From NCBI GenBank assembly GCA_934660865.1, contig CAKUIA010000010.1, positions 1-32,000 of the forward strand: DNA of 32,000 bases, read 5' to 3'. The position numbers were made by a program, and so were the translations under genes. This stretch comes from an uncultured Opitutales bacterium. Lineage in GTDB: Bacteria; Verrucomicrobiota; Verrucomicrobiia; Opitutales; Intestinicryptomonadaceae. Shown one piece after another: positions 17,961-27,159 of the stretch; position 1 is the stretch's first letter, and each line of letters starts with the position of its first letter. The notes under the pieces are model-generated. The model made no database searches and was not told the DNA's origin. It worked only from the letters and a program-made list of their open reading frames with translations.

Positions 17961-19180
17961 AAAAGACCGTATTTACCATTTTTGCGCTATTTGCGTTTTT
18001 TAGCTCTTTTGCCGATTCTCCGAAAATCGATTCGGCCGAGGCCGCCGTCATAAAAAAGGCGGCCCAGTTTGCCGACAAAAACGAGGCTTTGGCGTATATG
18101 GAAAAATACTGCGAAAATTCGCCCGCAATTCTCTTTAATATGGGCAATATATGCGCAAGCCAAAACGAGCATAAAAAGGCCGTTGCCTACTACGGGCGCG
18201 CCCTTAAAATTATGCCCGAATTTGCAATGGCTTTAAAAAACGCGGCATACGAATGTGCAAGAGACGGCAACTATAAAGAGGCCCTGCAATACGCCGCAAA
18301 GGCGGCAAAAGTGTCTTCGCCAGACGCCGATATGTATAAATGTATTGCGCTTTGCCATATGCAAGGCGGCGATTTTATAAGCGCGCTTTTTGCCCTAAAC
18401 AATGCCGTAATGCTGTCTGCAAACGATATTTCGCTAAAGAAAAACAGGCTCTATTGCCTGTCCAGGCTGGGCGAAACCGAAAAGTGCATAGCCCAGGCAA
18501 AAGAGCTTGTTTTGCTCGACAAAAACGATTCGCAAAGCTGGCGCATGCTGTGCGCCGCCTATACAAAATCAGGCGACTACAAAAACGCGCTTGCCGCAAT
18601 AAAAAGCATGCAAAGCTTAAAACTGGCAAACGCCGACGACTATTCCGTTATGGGCGACTTGTATTTTAACCTGCAAATGTATCCGTTTGCTGTAGACGCC
18701 TACAAAAAGGCGGGCAAGGCCGTTGCCCCCGAAAAACTGGGCAGAATTTCGCTTTTGCTTGCAAAGGCGGGCCAATACAATGCGGCAATCGACATTGCCC
18801 CCGACACCTTTTCCGGAAACGCAGCAAAGGGCATTGCCTATAACGGCATTAGTTTATATGCAAACGCCGAAAATGCTTTTGAACGCGCGTTTTTGCAAAC
18901 GGCAGAGCCCCCCGCCGAAATTATGTGCCAAATGGGGTATGCCTTGTATTCCCAAAAAAAATATTCGAAAGCCGGATTTTACTATTCAAAGGCAGCCCCG
19001 GATAAAAACTGCGAAAAAACGGCAAAGACAATGCTTGCAAGAATTGCGGTAGAAAGCGGCGACTATAAAACGGCGCTGCAAATTTTAACCGGTTTAAAAT
19101 CGAAATTTAATTCGCAAAAATACGACGACGCCATAGAAAGTTTGGCACGCTATATTAAAGATGAAAAATCTGAAAATTAG
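17957..19180 (+). CDS. Secreted TPR-repeat protein (TtpD-like)
   Basis: 407 aa with a signal peptide and multiple TPR-like A-x-x-Y/ALxxxP repeats. It sits directly after tonB, as in TonB2 clusters. Confidence 0.6.
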   Translation: MKKTVFTIFALFAFFSSFADSPKIDSAEAAVIKKAAQFADKNEALAYMEKYCENSPAILFNMGNICASQNEHKKAVAYYGRALKIMPEFAMALKNAAYECARDGNYKEALQYAAKAAKVSSPDADMYKCIALCHMQGGDFISALFALNNAVMLSANDISLKKNRLYCLSRLGETEKCIAQAKELVLLDKNDSQSWRMLCAAYTKSGDYKNALAAIKSMQSLKLANADDYSVMGDLYFNLQMYPFAVDAYKKAGKAVAPEKLGRISLLLAKAGQYNAAIDIAPDTFSGNAAKGIAYNGISLYANAENAFERAFLQTAEPPAEIMCQMGYALYSQKKYSKAGFYYSKAAPDKNCEKTAKTMLARIAVESGDYKTALQILTGLKSKFNSQKYDDAIESLARYIKDEKSEN

Positions 19181-19991
19181 AACGCCGCACAATTCCGGTT
19201 ATATAAGTTTGGATACCCCGAAAATTATGGGTATATTAAACTTTACACCCGATTCGTTTTCCGACGGCGGAATGTATTTCGACAAAAATTCGGCGTTGAA
19301 ACGCGCCGAGGAAATGCTTTTGCAGGGAGCTGCAATAATAGACTTGGGGGCGGAATCTACGCGGCCCAATTCGTTGCGCATTTCCGCCGAAGAGGAAATA
19401 AAGCGCCTTTCCGAAATTCTGCCCGACTTAAGGAGGCGCTTTCCCGACGCCTGCATTTCGGTAGACACCTACAAGGAAAGCGTTGCCCGCTACGCAATAG
19501 GCGAGGGGGCCGACATTGTAAACGACGTTTTCGGCGGGGCATTCGACGTTGCGCGAAACGAAACTGCAATGTATAAAACCTGCGCCGAGCTTAAGTGCCC
19601 CGTTGTTATAACGCACAACAAGCGGCAAACATCGGCAATAACCGTTGTAAAAGACCTTTTATATTCGGCCGCCTCCGCTATTGAATGCGGAGTGTCCAAA
19701 AACGACATAATCATAGACTGCGGTTTCGGCTTTAACAAAAATGCCGAAACAAACATCGACATATTGAAAAATATATGCGACTATTCCGAACTGGATTATC
19801 CGCACCTGCTTGGCGTTTCCAGGAAGTCTACGCTTGGTAAAATTGCCGGCGGCGATATAGGCTGTTTGGATTATGCCACGCTGGCTTCCTACGCCTTTGC
19901 GCTGGCAAAAGGCGGGGCGGATATTTTTAGAACACACAATGTAAGGGCGGCAAAAATTTGCCTGGACTTGTTTTTGCTGCAAAACAAATAG
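19161..19991 (+). CDS. folP: Dihydropteroate synthase
   Basis: Motifs IMGILNFTPDSFSDGG, IIDLGAESTRP and DTYK are present. The ATG at 19161 overlaps the TPR gene by 20 nt. M23 (19227) is a less likely alternative start. Confidence 0.93.
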   Translation: MKNLKIRTPHNSGYISLDTPKIMGILNFTPDSFSDGGMYFDKNSALKRAEEMLLQGAAIIDLGAESTRPNSLRISAEEEIKRLSEILPDLRRRFPDACISVDTYKESVARYAIGEGADIVNDVFGGAFDVARNETAMYKTCAELKCPVVITHNKRQTSAITVVKDLLYSAASAIECGVSKNDIIIDCGFGFNKNAETNIDILKNICDYSELDYPHLLGVSRKSTLGKIAGGDIGCLDYATLASYAFALAKGGADIFRTHNVRAAKICLDLFLLQNK

Positions 19992-19997
19992 CGTAAA

Positions 19998-20360
19998 ATG
20001 GACGAGCTTATTTTAGAGGGAATTATAGCCTCGGGCAGCTGCGGCTGCACCGAGGAGGAAAAGCTGCACGCGCAGGACTTTAGCATATCGCTAAGGCTTT
20101 GCTTCGATTTTTGCGAATGTGTAAAAAGCGATTCGCTTGCCGACAGCGTAGACTACCCGAGCGTTGTAGAATGTGTAAGGCGCACCGTTGCAAACACCCG
20201 CTACAATTTAATAGAAAGCCTTGCCGAAAAAATCGCGCAGGATTTGCTTTTAAATTTCGGGAAAGTCCATGGTGTGGAATTGCAGCTGCGCAAGCTTTTG
20301 TGCGAAAAAAATTTCGGCCTTTCGAAAATCGCGGTAAAAATAAACAGGCACAGGCAATGA
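19998..20360 (+). CDS. folB: Dihydroneopterin aldolase
   Basis: 120 aa with the FolB pattern (G.CG.TEEEK...Q.F...L......SD.L.DSVDY..V...V......YNLIESLAE.IA). Confidence 0.88.
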   Translation: MDELILEGIIASGSCGCTEEEKLHAQDFSISLRLCFDFCECVKSDSLADSVDYPSVVECVRRTVANTRYNLIESLAEKIAQDLLLNFGKVHGVELQLRKLLCEKNFGLSKIAVKINRHRQ

Positions 20361-20839
20361 CATACTGCGTAATAGCAATGGGCTCGAATATGGGCGACAG
20401 GCTCGCAAATTTGCAAAACGCGCTTGCGGCGCTGTCCGAAAAGGTCGGCATTTTAAAAAAGTCGCGCATATACGAAACAAAGCCCGTAGGCTATCTCGAC
20501 CAGGGAGATTTCCTTAACGGGGCCATTTTCGGAACCACGCTATGCACGCCTTTCGAGCTGCTTTGCTTTTTAAAGCAAATAGAGAAAAAAATGGGGCGCG
20601 CCAACACGTTTAGAAACGCCCCGCGCCCCATAGATTTGGACATAATTTTTTACGGCGAAGTGCGCATAAATATGCGCTCGTTAAAAATTCCGCACATTCA
20701 GTGGCGGCAGCGGCAGTTTGTATATGTTCCCTTAAGGGACTTTTGCGAAGATGCGGCTTTTGCCGCCGCCTTTCCATTCGAACGCGAAATAATAAAAGTT
20801 TTGCCTAAAAGCGAAATATTTGCAAAATACGAAATGTAA
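20357..20839 (+). CDS. folK: 2-amino-4-hydroxy-6-hydroxymethyldihydropteridine pyrophosphokinase (HPPK)
   Basis: The start MTYCVIAMGSNMGDR overlaps the folB stop (ATGA). Motifs YETKPVGY, RPIDLDII and IPH are present. The track ORF from 20099 is over-extended. Confidence 0.9.
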   Translation: MTYCVIAMGSNMGDRLANLQNALAALSEKVGILKKSRIYETKPVGYLDQGDFLNGAIFGTTLCTPFELLCFLKQIEKKMGRANTFRNAPRPIDLDIIFYGEVRINMRSLKIPHIQWRQRQFVYVPLRDFCEDAAFAAAFPFEREIIKVLPKSEIFAKYEM

Positions 20840-20844
20840 AGATT

Positions 20845-21528
20845 ATGGGAACGCTTTTTATTGTACCTACGCCTATAGGCAATTTACAAGACCTGTCGGA
20901 AAGGGCGGCAAAAACAATTCGGGAATGCGACATTGTAGCCTGCGAAGACACCAGGGTTAGCTCGAAGCTTACCGCGCACCTGGGCGTTTCGAAAGAATTT
21001 GTCGTGTATTCCGACGTGCGCGAAGCCGCAAACGCCGACTACCTTTTGCAGAAACTGCAGGCCGACAAAAACGTGGCTTTAGTTTCCGACGCAGGCACCC
21101 CCTGCATAAGCGATCCCGGCTTTAGAATTGTGCGCTTGTGCCGCAAAAACCAAATTCGGGTTGTGCCGCTTGCGGGCCCTTGCGCATTTACAACGGCCCT
21201 AAGCGCTTCGGGGCTGCCCACAAACGCCTTTTTGTTTTTGGGTTTTTTGCCGCCAAAAACCTCGGCAAGAATTGCGTGCTTTAAAAAATACGCCAATAGC
21301 GAGCACACTCTTATATTCTACGAATCTGTGCACAGAATAACAAAGTTTGTAGACGACGCCCTTGAAGTTTTTGGCCCGAACCGTGCAATTTGCATAGCAA
21401 AAGAGCTTACAAAAATGCACGAGCGCTTTTTTACCGGAAGCATTGAAAGCGTGCGTCAAGAGCTTTTAAAAAGCTCGGTTAAGGGCGAATTTGTGGTTAT
21501 AATCGCACCCGAAGGATACCAAATATGA
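20845..21528 (+). CDS. rsmI: 16S rRNA (cytidine1402-2'-O)-methyltransferase RsmI
   Basis: The signature GTLFIVPTPIGNLQDLSERA...CDIVACEDTR, DAGTPCISDPG and tetrapyrrole-methylase-fold motifs are present. Confidence 0.92.
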   Translation: MGTLFIVPTPIGNLQDLSERAAKTIRECDIVACEDTRVSSKLTAHLGVSKEFVVYSDVREAANADYLLQKLQADKNVALVSDAGTPCISDPGFRIVRLCRKNQIRVVPLAGPCAFTTALSASGLPTNAFLFLGFLPPKTSARIACFKKYANSEHTLIFYESVHRITKFVDDALEVFGPNRAICIAKELTKMHERFFTGSIESVRQELLKSSVKGEFVVIIAPEGYQI

Positions 21529-22421
21529 ACGAATATGTTTTGGCGGTAGACATTGGCTCGAACACAATAAAGTGCCTGTTCGCAAAAAAGGCGGCCTTGT
21601 CTATCAGGGAAATTTTTACAAATACCGCCAATTTTAGAATTTGCGGCAAAAGCGGGCTTGTTGAAAACGCAAAAGAGCTTATCGTTCGGGCAATTTCGGA
21701 GTTTGTGGAGCTTGCAAAAAAAGAGTGCGAAAATTTCGACATAATCGCGTGCGCTACCTCCGCATTAAGGGGGGCGAAAAACGCCGACGAGATTTGCAAA
21801 TATGTCTACGAAAAGTGCGGCGTGAAAATAAACGTAATTTCGGGGCAAACCGAGGCAATGCTTTCAATGTCGGGGGCATTGTCGGATTCTGCGCTGCCAA
21901 AATTCGACAAATGCGTGTTTTTCGACTTGGGCGGCGGCAGCATGGAGTGCGGCTATTGCGAAAACGGCAGGCCCGAAAAGGCTATTTCCGTTCCCATAGG
22001 GGCGGTAAGGCTTACAAAGCGGTTTATAGAAAACCCGCAAATGCCCGTTTCGGAGGAGACGATTTTAAAGATAAACGACTATTGCCTTGCGCAACTTGGC
22101 GCCGCCGATTTTAAGTCGCACAACAAGTGCGTTATAGCCACGGGCGGGGCGGTGGCGGCGGCGCGTTTAATGCAAAAAACGCCGAACTCTTTGCCGCTGG
22201 AGCTTGGGCAGCTAAAATTTGCGCTAAAGAAAATCGCGGCATGCTCGGCAAAAGAGCGCTCCGAAAAATACGGCATAGAGCCCGCGCGTTCCGACATAAT
22301 TGCGGCGGCTTTTACCTGCATATTGGCAGCCCTAGAGCATTTCGACGCCGACAAAATTTACTACACCAGAAAAAGCCTAAGGTGGGGCATGTGTATGGAG
22401 CATTTTAGGGGCTGTTTTTGA
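21525..22421 (+). CDS. Ppx/GppA-family phosphatase, short two-domain form
   Basis: 298 aa with the N-terminal actin-like ATPase motif AVDIGSNTIKCL, then DLGGGS and ATGGA. It lacks the C-terminal domains of the ~500-aa E. coli enzymes. Confidence 0.75.
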   Translation: MNEYVLAVDIGSNTIKCLFAKKAALSIREIFTNTANFRICGKSGLVENAKELIVRAISEFVELAKKECENFDIIACATSALRGAKNADEICKYVYEKCGVKINVISGQTEAMLSMSGALSDSALPKFDKCVFFDLGGGSMECGYCENGRPEKAISVPIGAVRLTKRFIENPQMPVSEETILKINDYCLAQLGAADFKSHNKCVIATGGAVAAARLMQKTPNSLPLELGQLKFALKKIAACSAKERSEKYGIEPARSDIIAAAFTCILAALEHFDADKIYYTRKSLRWGMCMEHFRGCF

Positions 22422-22427
22422 TTTTGA

Positions 22428-22443
22428 CATTTGCCTGCAAATG
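22428..22443. repeat. 16-bp palindrome CATTTGC-CT-GCAAATG between ppx and obg
   Basis: Read directly from the sequence: 7-bp arms with a 2-nt centre and no following T-run. Confidence 0.5.
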
Positions 22444-22467
22444 TAGAAACTTTTACCCCATATAATT

Positions 22468-23472
22468 ATGTTTGTAGACGAAGCACATATCAGATTGAAG
22501 GCGGGCGACGGCGGCAACGGGATAGCCAGCTTTAGGAGGGAAAAATATATCCCCTTCGGCGGGCCCGACGGCGGCGACGGCGGCAACGGCGGCAGCATAT
22601 ACGCGCTGTGCGACGAAAACGTCGGCGATTTGGAGCGCTTTAGATATACTCCGTTCTACAAGGCCGGCGACGGCAAAAAAGGCCAAAGCCGCCAAAAAAC
22701 GGGCGAATGCGGCAAAGATGTGCGCGTGCATTTTCCCCCCGGAACCGTCTTTATAAATCCCGAAACGGGCGATGTCGTTTGCGAACTGCTTAGCCACGGG
22801 CAGGAAATTTTGTTGCTAAAAGGCGGCAAGGGCGGCTTGGGCAACCTGCATTTTAAAAGCTCGGTAAACCAGGCTCCGCGCCAGCACACAATGGGCGAAG
22901 AGGGGCAGTACGGCGAGTTCGACATAGTTTTAAAAACCATTTCAGATGTGGGTTTGGTGGGTTTCCCCAATGCGGGCAAATCTTCGCTAATGCACATTAT
23001 GACAATGGCAAGGCCGAAGGTTGCAAGCTACCCGTTTACAACGCTGCACGTAAATGTGGGCATTATAAAATACCCCGACACCTACGACTTTGTAAGCGTA
23101 GCCGACATTCCCGGTCTAATAGAGGGCGCTTCGGAAAACAAGGGTTTGGGCCACAAGTTTTTGCGCCATATAGAAAGGTGCAAAACCGTGCTGTTTATGC
23201 TCGACATGGCGGGCACCGACAACCGCAAGCCCGTAGACGACTACGAAAGCCTGCTAAAAGAGCTTGCCTTGTATAACGAAGACCTGCTTAAAAAACCCAG
23301 GCTTGTAGCCGCCAACAAGATGGACGAGGAAAGCGCCGCAAAAAACCTTAAGGCATTTAAAAAGAAGTATCCTTTGGTAGACGTAATTCCCGTTTCGTGC
23401 CTTACAAACGAGGGCTTGGACACCTTAAAAAGCGCAATATACAACTCCGTAAAAGCCAAAAACAATTTGTAG
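22468..23472 (+). CDS. obgE: GTPase Obg/CgtA
   Basis: It begins [35 protein letters not shown] (Obg fold). GTPase motifs [18 protein letters not shown] and NKMD are present. Confidence 0.96.
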   Translation: MFVDEAHIRLKAGDGGNGIASFRREKYIPFGGPDGGDGGNGGSIYALCDENVGDLERFRYTPFYKAGDGKKGQSRQKTGECGKDVRVHFPPGTVFINPETGDVVCELLSHGQEILLLKGGKGGLGNLHFKSSVNQAPRQHTMGEEGQYGEFDIVLKTISDVGLVGFPNAGKSSLMHIMTMARPKVASYPFTTLHVNVGIIKYPDTYDFVSVADIPGLIEGASENKGLGHKFLRHIERCKTVLFMLDMAGTDNRKPVDDYESLLKELALYNEDLLKKPRLVAANKMDEESAAKNLKAFKKKYPLVDVIPVSCLTNEGLDTLKSAIYNSVKAKNNL

Positions 23473-23477
23473 ACGAT

Positions 23478-24824
23478 ATGAAGCAAAGAACCATAAACAG
23501 GGAAGTTTCGATTAGCGGCAAGGCGCTGCACTCGGGCGTAGACGTAACGCTTACACTAAAGCCCGCCCCCGAAAATACGGGCATAGTTTTCAGGCGCAAA
23601 GACCTTTACGGCAAGCCCGAAATAAAACCGTCTATCACCCTTATAGGCACCGACTTGATTCGCAACACGGGCGTTAGCGACGGCAATGTTTCGCTGCATA
23701 CAATCGAGCACGTAATGTCGGCGCTAAACGGCATGAATATCGACAATGTTATAGTCGAAATGAACGCCGCAGAACCCCCCATTTTAGACGGTTCGGCGAA
23801 ATACTTTGTAAACTTAATACAGCAGGCGGAACCCATAGAGCAAAACGCCGAGCGCGAATACTATTCTCTTAAAAGCCCGATTTCGGTAACCGACGGCAAC
23901 CGCTCGCTTATTGCGCTGCCGTACGACGGCCTAAAAATTACATGCACTTCGGCCGACGACAGGGGCATTCACACCCAGCACTTGTCGGTAGATTTGTATC
24001 CCGATTTCTACCAGTCCGACATTGCGCCTTCGCGCACGTTTACCGTTTACGAAGACATAGAGCCTTTGCTTAAAATGGGCAAAATTCAGGGCGGCAGTTT
24101 GGATTCGGCAATAGTAATTAAAGGCGACAAGATTTTGTCGAAAGAGCCCCTGCGTTTTCAGGACGAGTTTGTGCGCCACAAGATTTTAGACCTTATGGGC
24201 GATTTGGCGCTGCTCGGCAAAAAGCTTAAGGCGCACATAATCGCGGTGCGCCCCGGACATTCGCTTAACGCAAAGCTTACAAAGGCAATTTACGAGCAAA
24301 TGACGGCCGTTCCCGCCGAAGAACATTCGGCTCCCGCAAAGTCGCTTTCGCCGAAGGTAAAGATGTTTACCGAAGAGGTATTGGATTCGCGCCGCATTTT
24401 GGATTTGCTGCCGCACAGATACCCCTTTGTAATGATAGACAAAGTCGTTAAGGTAAGCCCCGACAATATGTCGCTTACGGCGATAAAAAACGTTACAATC
24501 AACGAACCCTATTTTCAGGGGCACTTCCCGGGCAACCCCGTAATGCCGGGGGTATTGCAGCTCGAGGCAATGGCGCAGGCGGCGGGCGTGCTTATGCTAA
24601 GGCACGTTAACGGCGAAAACAAAATAGCGTATTTTATGAGCGCCGACAACGTAAAGTTCCGCAACACGGTAAAGCCCGGCGACCAAATTCAAATAGACGT
24701 GAAAATAACGAAAACGCGCGGCGAAAAATTTGCGTGCGCAACGGCCGAATGCAGCGTAGACGGCAAGACGGTTTCTTCGGCCGAAATTATGTTCGCAATA
24801 GTTGCCGCCCCCGAAACGGTTTAA
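23478..24824 (+). CDS. lpxC/fabZ: Bifunctional UDP-3-O-acyl-GlcNAc deacetylase / 3-hydroxyacyl-ACP dehydratase (LpxC-FabZ fusion)
   Basis: Start at MKQRTI. The N-half has LpxC motifs ([28 protein letters not shown]). The C-half has FabZ motifs ([38 protein letters not shown]). Confidence 0.93.
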   Translation: MKQRTINREVSISGKALHSGVDVTLTLKPAPENTGIVFRRKDLYGKPEIKPSITLIGTDLIRNTGVSDGNVSLHTIEHVMSALNGMNIDNVIVEMNAAEPPILDGSAKYFVNLIQQAEPIEQNAEREYYSLKSPISVTDGNRSLIALPYDGLKITCTSADDRGIHTQHLSVDLYPDFYQSDIAPSRTFTVYEDIEPLLKMGKIQGGSLDSAIVIKGDKILSKEPLRFQDEFVRHKILDLMGDLALLGKKLKAHIIAVRPGHSLNAKLTKAIYEQMTAVPAEEHSAPAKSLSPKVKMFTEEVLDSRRILDLLPHRYPFVMIDKVVKVSPDNMSLTAIKNVTINEPYFQGHFPGNPVMPGVLQLEAMAQAAGVLMLRHVNGENKIAYFMSADNVKFRNTVKPGDQIQIDVKITKTRGEKFACATAECSVDGKTVSSAEIMFAIVAAPETV

Positions 24825-24848
24825 CGAATTTAGCAATAGATAGCGGTT

Positions 24849-25625
24849 ATGACAAAAATACACCCCACTGCCATTATTGAAAAGGGCGCGCAGCTCGACG
24901 ACAACGTTCAGGTAGGCGCCTACGCCTATATAGGCGCAAGCGTGAAAATAGGCGCAGGTAGCGTAATTGCGCACCATGCAACGGTAGACGGCCTCACCGA
25001 AATGGGCGAAAACAACCAGGTTTTCCCCTATGCGTTTATAGGCGGCAAAACGCACGACCTTAAGTTTGTAGGCGGCACTCCAGGGCTTAAAATAGGCTCG
25101 GGCAATGTGTTTAGGGAATATACAACCGCGCACTGCGCCACAAAAGACGGCGAAAACACCATAGTTGGCGACAACAACAACATTTTGGCATACAGCCACA
25201 TTGCGCACGACTGCATTGTGGGCAACTACATTGTTATGAGCGCGCATGCCGCTTTGGGCGGGCATGTTAAGATTGAAGACCACGCCGTGATAGGCTGGGG
25301 CAGCGGCGTCCACCAGTTTTGCAGAATAGGCGCGTATGCAATGCTTAGCGCGTCTTCTAAACTTGTAAAAGACTTGCCTCCCTTCTTTATGGCCGACGGT
25401 TCTCCCGCCGCAGTTTGCGCAATAAACAAGGTTAATATGCAAAGAAACGCCTACACCGTTGCCGAAATAGACTTGGCCTTTAGCGCGTTTAAAATAATCT
25501 ACAAACGCCACTATGCGCGCCCGCAGGCCATAGAGGAGTTGCGCAAGCACCCCGAAGCTTCCGACAGGGTGCTTCAGGCAATAATACATTTTGCCGAAAA
25601 TTCCACCGAACGCGGATTGCTGTAA
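24849..25625 (+). CDS. lpxA: Acyl-ACP:UDP-GlcNAc O-acyltransferase
   Basis: 258 aa. It starts IHPTAIIE.GA.L, has left-handed beta-helix hexapeptide repeats, and ends in the LpxA C-terminal helical domain. Confidence 0.93.
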   Translation: MTKIHPTAIIEKGAQLDDNVQVGAYAYIGASVKIGAGSVIAHHATVDGLTEMGENNQVFPYAFIGGKTHDLKFVGGTPGLKIGSGNVFREYTTAHCATKDGENTIVGDNNNILAYSHIAHDCIVGNYIVMSAHAALGGHVKIEDHAVIGWGSGVHQFCRIGAYAMLSASSKLVKDLPPFFMADGSPAAVCAINKVNMQRNAYTVAEIDLAFSAFKIIYKRHYARPQAIEELRKHPEASDRVLQAIIHFAENSTERGLL

Positions 25626-25644
25626 ATTTCAACGCATAGTATTC

Positions 25645-25687
25645 AAAAAAAGCGGCCGAAAGCAAAAAACTTTCGCCGCTTTTTTTG
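25645..25687. terminator. Bidirectional rho-independent terminator between lpxA and the GT2 gene
   Basis: The stem AGCGGC(C)GAAAG / CTTTCGCCGCT has one bulge and a 7-nt loop. An A-run lies upstream and a T7 run downstream. Confidence 0.85.
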
Positions 25688-25716
25688 TCGGTTAAAAATT
25701 TCGCAGCCTAAAGATA

Positions 25717-26628
25717 CTACAAATTTTGCGTGCTTTCTACTATATAGCGCGGGCGCTGTTTCGATTCCTTGAAAATTCTGCCAATATATTCGCCCAAAAC
25801 GCCAAGCGCTATAAGCTGAACGCCGCCCAAAAACAGCACCGAAAGCAGGGTGATTTTCGCGTACGAGGCTTCACCGAAAATCAGCACGCAAAACGCCGCA
25901 AAAAACGATACAAGAGCAATAAAGCAGCCCGCATAGCTCCAAATTCTAAGGGGCAATGTAGAAGCGCTTACTATGCCGTCGAGCGCGAAATTCCAAAGCT
26001 TTAGGTTGTTCCATTTGGATTTGCCGCCGCTGCGCTTGGGTCTTACATATTCTACCGCGCACGATTTAAACCCAACCCAGTTGAAAAGCCCCTTCATAAA
26101 AAGGCCGCGCTCGTTAAGCGACAAAACCGCGTTTATCACCTTCCGCGACATAAGCCTATAGTCGCCCGTGTTGTAGGGAATGGGGCGCTCGGCAACAAGG
26201 TTGTATATTTTGTAGAACCAGCCAGCGGTAAGTTTTCTGAAAAGTCCGTCGCTAGTTCTGTCTTTGCGTACGCCGTAAACTACATCGTAGCCGTTTTGCC
26301 ATTTTTTTATAAATTCTACAATAAGGCTTGGGGGGTCCTGCAAATCGGCGTCGATTGGAATTGCGCAGCTGCCCGAACAGAATTTTAAGGCCGCCATCAT
26401 GGCGGCTTCCTTGCCGAAGTTGCGCGAAAAGTTTATTATTTTTATGTCGGGGTTGTTTTTTGCGGCTTCGGCTAAAATTGCGGGGGTATTGTCGGTGCTG
26501 CCGTCGTTTACGCAGATAATTTCGTACGAATAAGATGGAATTTCCGACATTGTTTCCGAAAGCTTTGCAAAGAAAGCGGGCAAAGTTTCCTGTTCGTTGT
26601 AAAGCGGAAGAATTATCGAGATATCCAT
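25717..26628 (-). CDS. GT2 polyprenol-phosphate glycosyltransferase (ArnC/GtrB/DPM1-like)
   Basis: 303 aa with an N-terminal GT-A domain (ILPLYNEQETL, VNDGSTDNT, IDADLQDPP) followed by two C-terminal TM helices. This is the typical architecture of undecaprenyl-phosphate sugar transferases. Confidence 0.85.
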   Translation of the reverse strand: MDISIILPLYNEQETLPAFFAKLSETMSEIPSYSYEIICVNDGSTDNTPAILAEAAKNNPDIKIINFSRNFGKEAAMMAALKFCSGSCAIPIDADLQDPPSLIVEFIKKWQNGYDVVYGVRKDRTSDGLFRKLTAGWFYKIYNLVAERPIPYNTGDYRLMSRKVINAVLSLNERGLFMKGLFNWVGFKSCAVEYVRPKRSGGKSKWNNLKLWNFALDGIVSASTLPLRIWSYAGCFIALVSFFAAFCVLIFGEASYAKITLLSVLFLGGVQLIALGVLGEYIGRIFKESKQRPRYIVESTQNL

Positions 26629-26635
26629 TTTTATG

Positions 26636-27133
26636 CTATTTTAAAAGTGTGGGCGAAATCAGGCTTTTTAAGTGCCATACTCCGAATTCGTTTTCGTGCG
26701 AGGGAAATTCGGCCAATTCGAGATACGCAAAGGTTGCGGGATAAAACCTTACGGCGCACCTGCGGGCCTTGTCGTTTAGCAGCAGCTGCGAAAGCGACTC
26801 CAAATGGGGGTTGTGCCCTACAATCATCAAATCGGCACCCAATGCGGAAAGCGAGGCTATTGCCTTTGCCATTTCGGCGTACGAATCGTCGGGCAAAAGC
26901 CCCTTTGTTTGCAGTAGCGGAATTTTTATGCCCAGTTTTTCGGCAAAAAGTTTTGCGCTTTGCCTTGCCCTTAAATAGGGGCTATGCCATAGCTGGGCGG
27001 TGTTTTTAAAAATTTCGGGGTCCAGCAAACTGCAAAGTTTGTCGAGCTGCGCAATGCCGTTTTCGGTAAGCGGCCTGTCGCAATCGGGCAAAATTTCCCT
27101 CGCAATGCTGTGTCGTAGTAAAAAAAGTCTCAT
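26636..27133 (-). CDS. sixA: Phosphohistidine phosphatase SixA
   Basis: Start at MRLFLLRHS (the catalytic RH motif). It is colinear by eye with E. coli SixA (RPLT.NG, SP.LRA.Q, GHNP). The track ORF start at 27172 is over-extended. Confidence 0.8.
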   Translation of the reverse strand: MRLFLLRHSIAREILPDCDRPLTENGIAQLDKLCSLLDPEIFKNTAQLWHSPYLRARQSAKLFAEKLGIKIPLLQTKGLLPDDSYAEMAKAIASLSALGADLMIVGHNPHLESLSQLLLNDKARRCAVRFYPATFAYLELAEFPSHENEFGVWHLKSLISPTLLK

Positions 27134-27159
27134 TCGCCTAAAATTAAAGCATACATAAC

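Noticed and set aside
19140-19153. A second copy of GTTTGGCACGCTAT, identical over 14 nt to the clpB -24 region, lies 7 nt before the folP ATG.
   Set aside because: The -12 position reads ATTA, with no GC dinucleotide, so it fails the sigma-54 rule. It lies inside the TPR gene's coding sequence. A shared 14-mer is expected roughly once or more by chance among about 5x10^8 position pairs in 32 kb.
22461-22466. TATAAT hexamer 1 nt upstream of the obg ATG, which could suggest a leaderless obg promoter.
   Set aside because: A -10 box needs about 6-8 nt to the TSS, so transcription would start inside the ORF, downstream of the conserved MFVDEA N-terminus. There is no usable -35. The hexamer is probably fortuitous AT-rich sequence.
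24597-25589. 330-aa ORF antisense to lpxA and the fabZ 3' end, the longest unannotated ORF in the track.
   Set aside because: It lies exactly opposite the lpxA hexapeptide-repeat region. Its composition (V/A/Y/F/N/R/G/C/H-rich, no recognisable motif) is what the reverse complement of a biased, repeat-rich gene gives. The sense strand carries an unambiguous lpxA.
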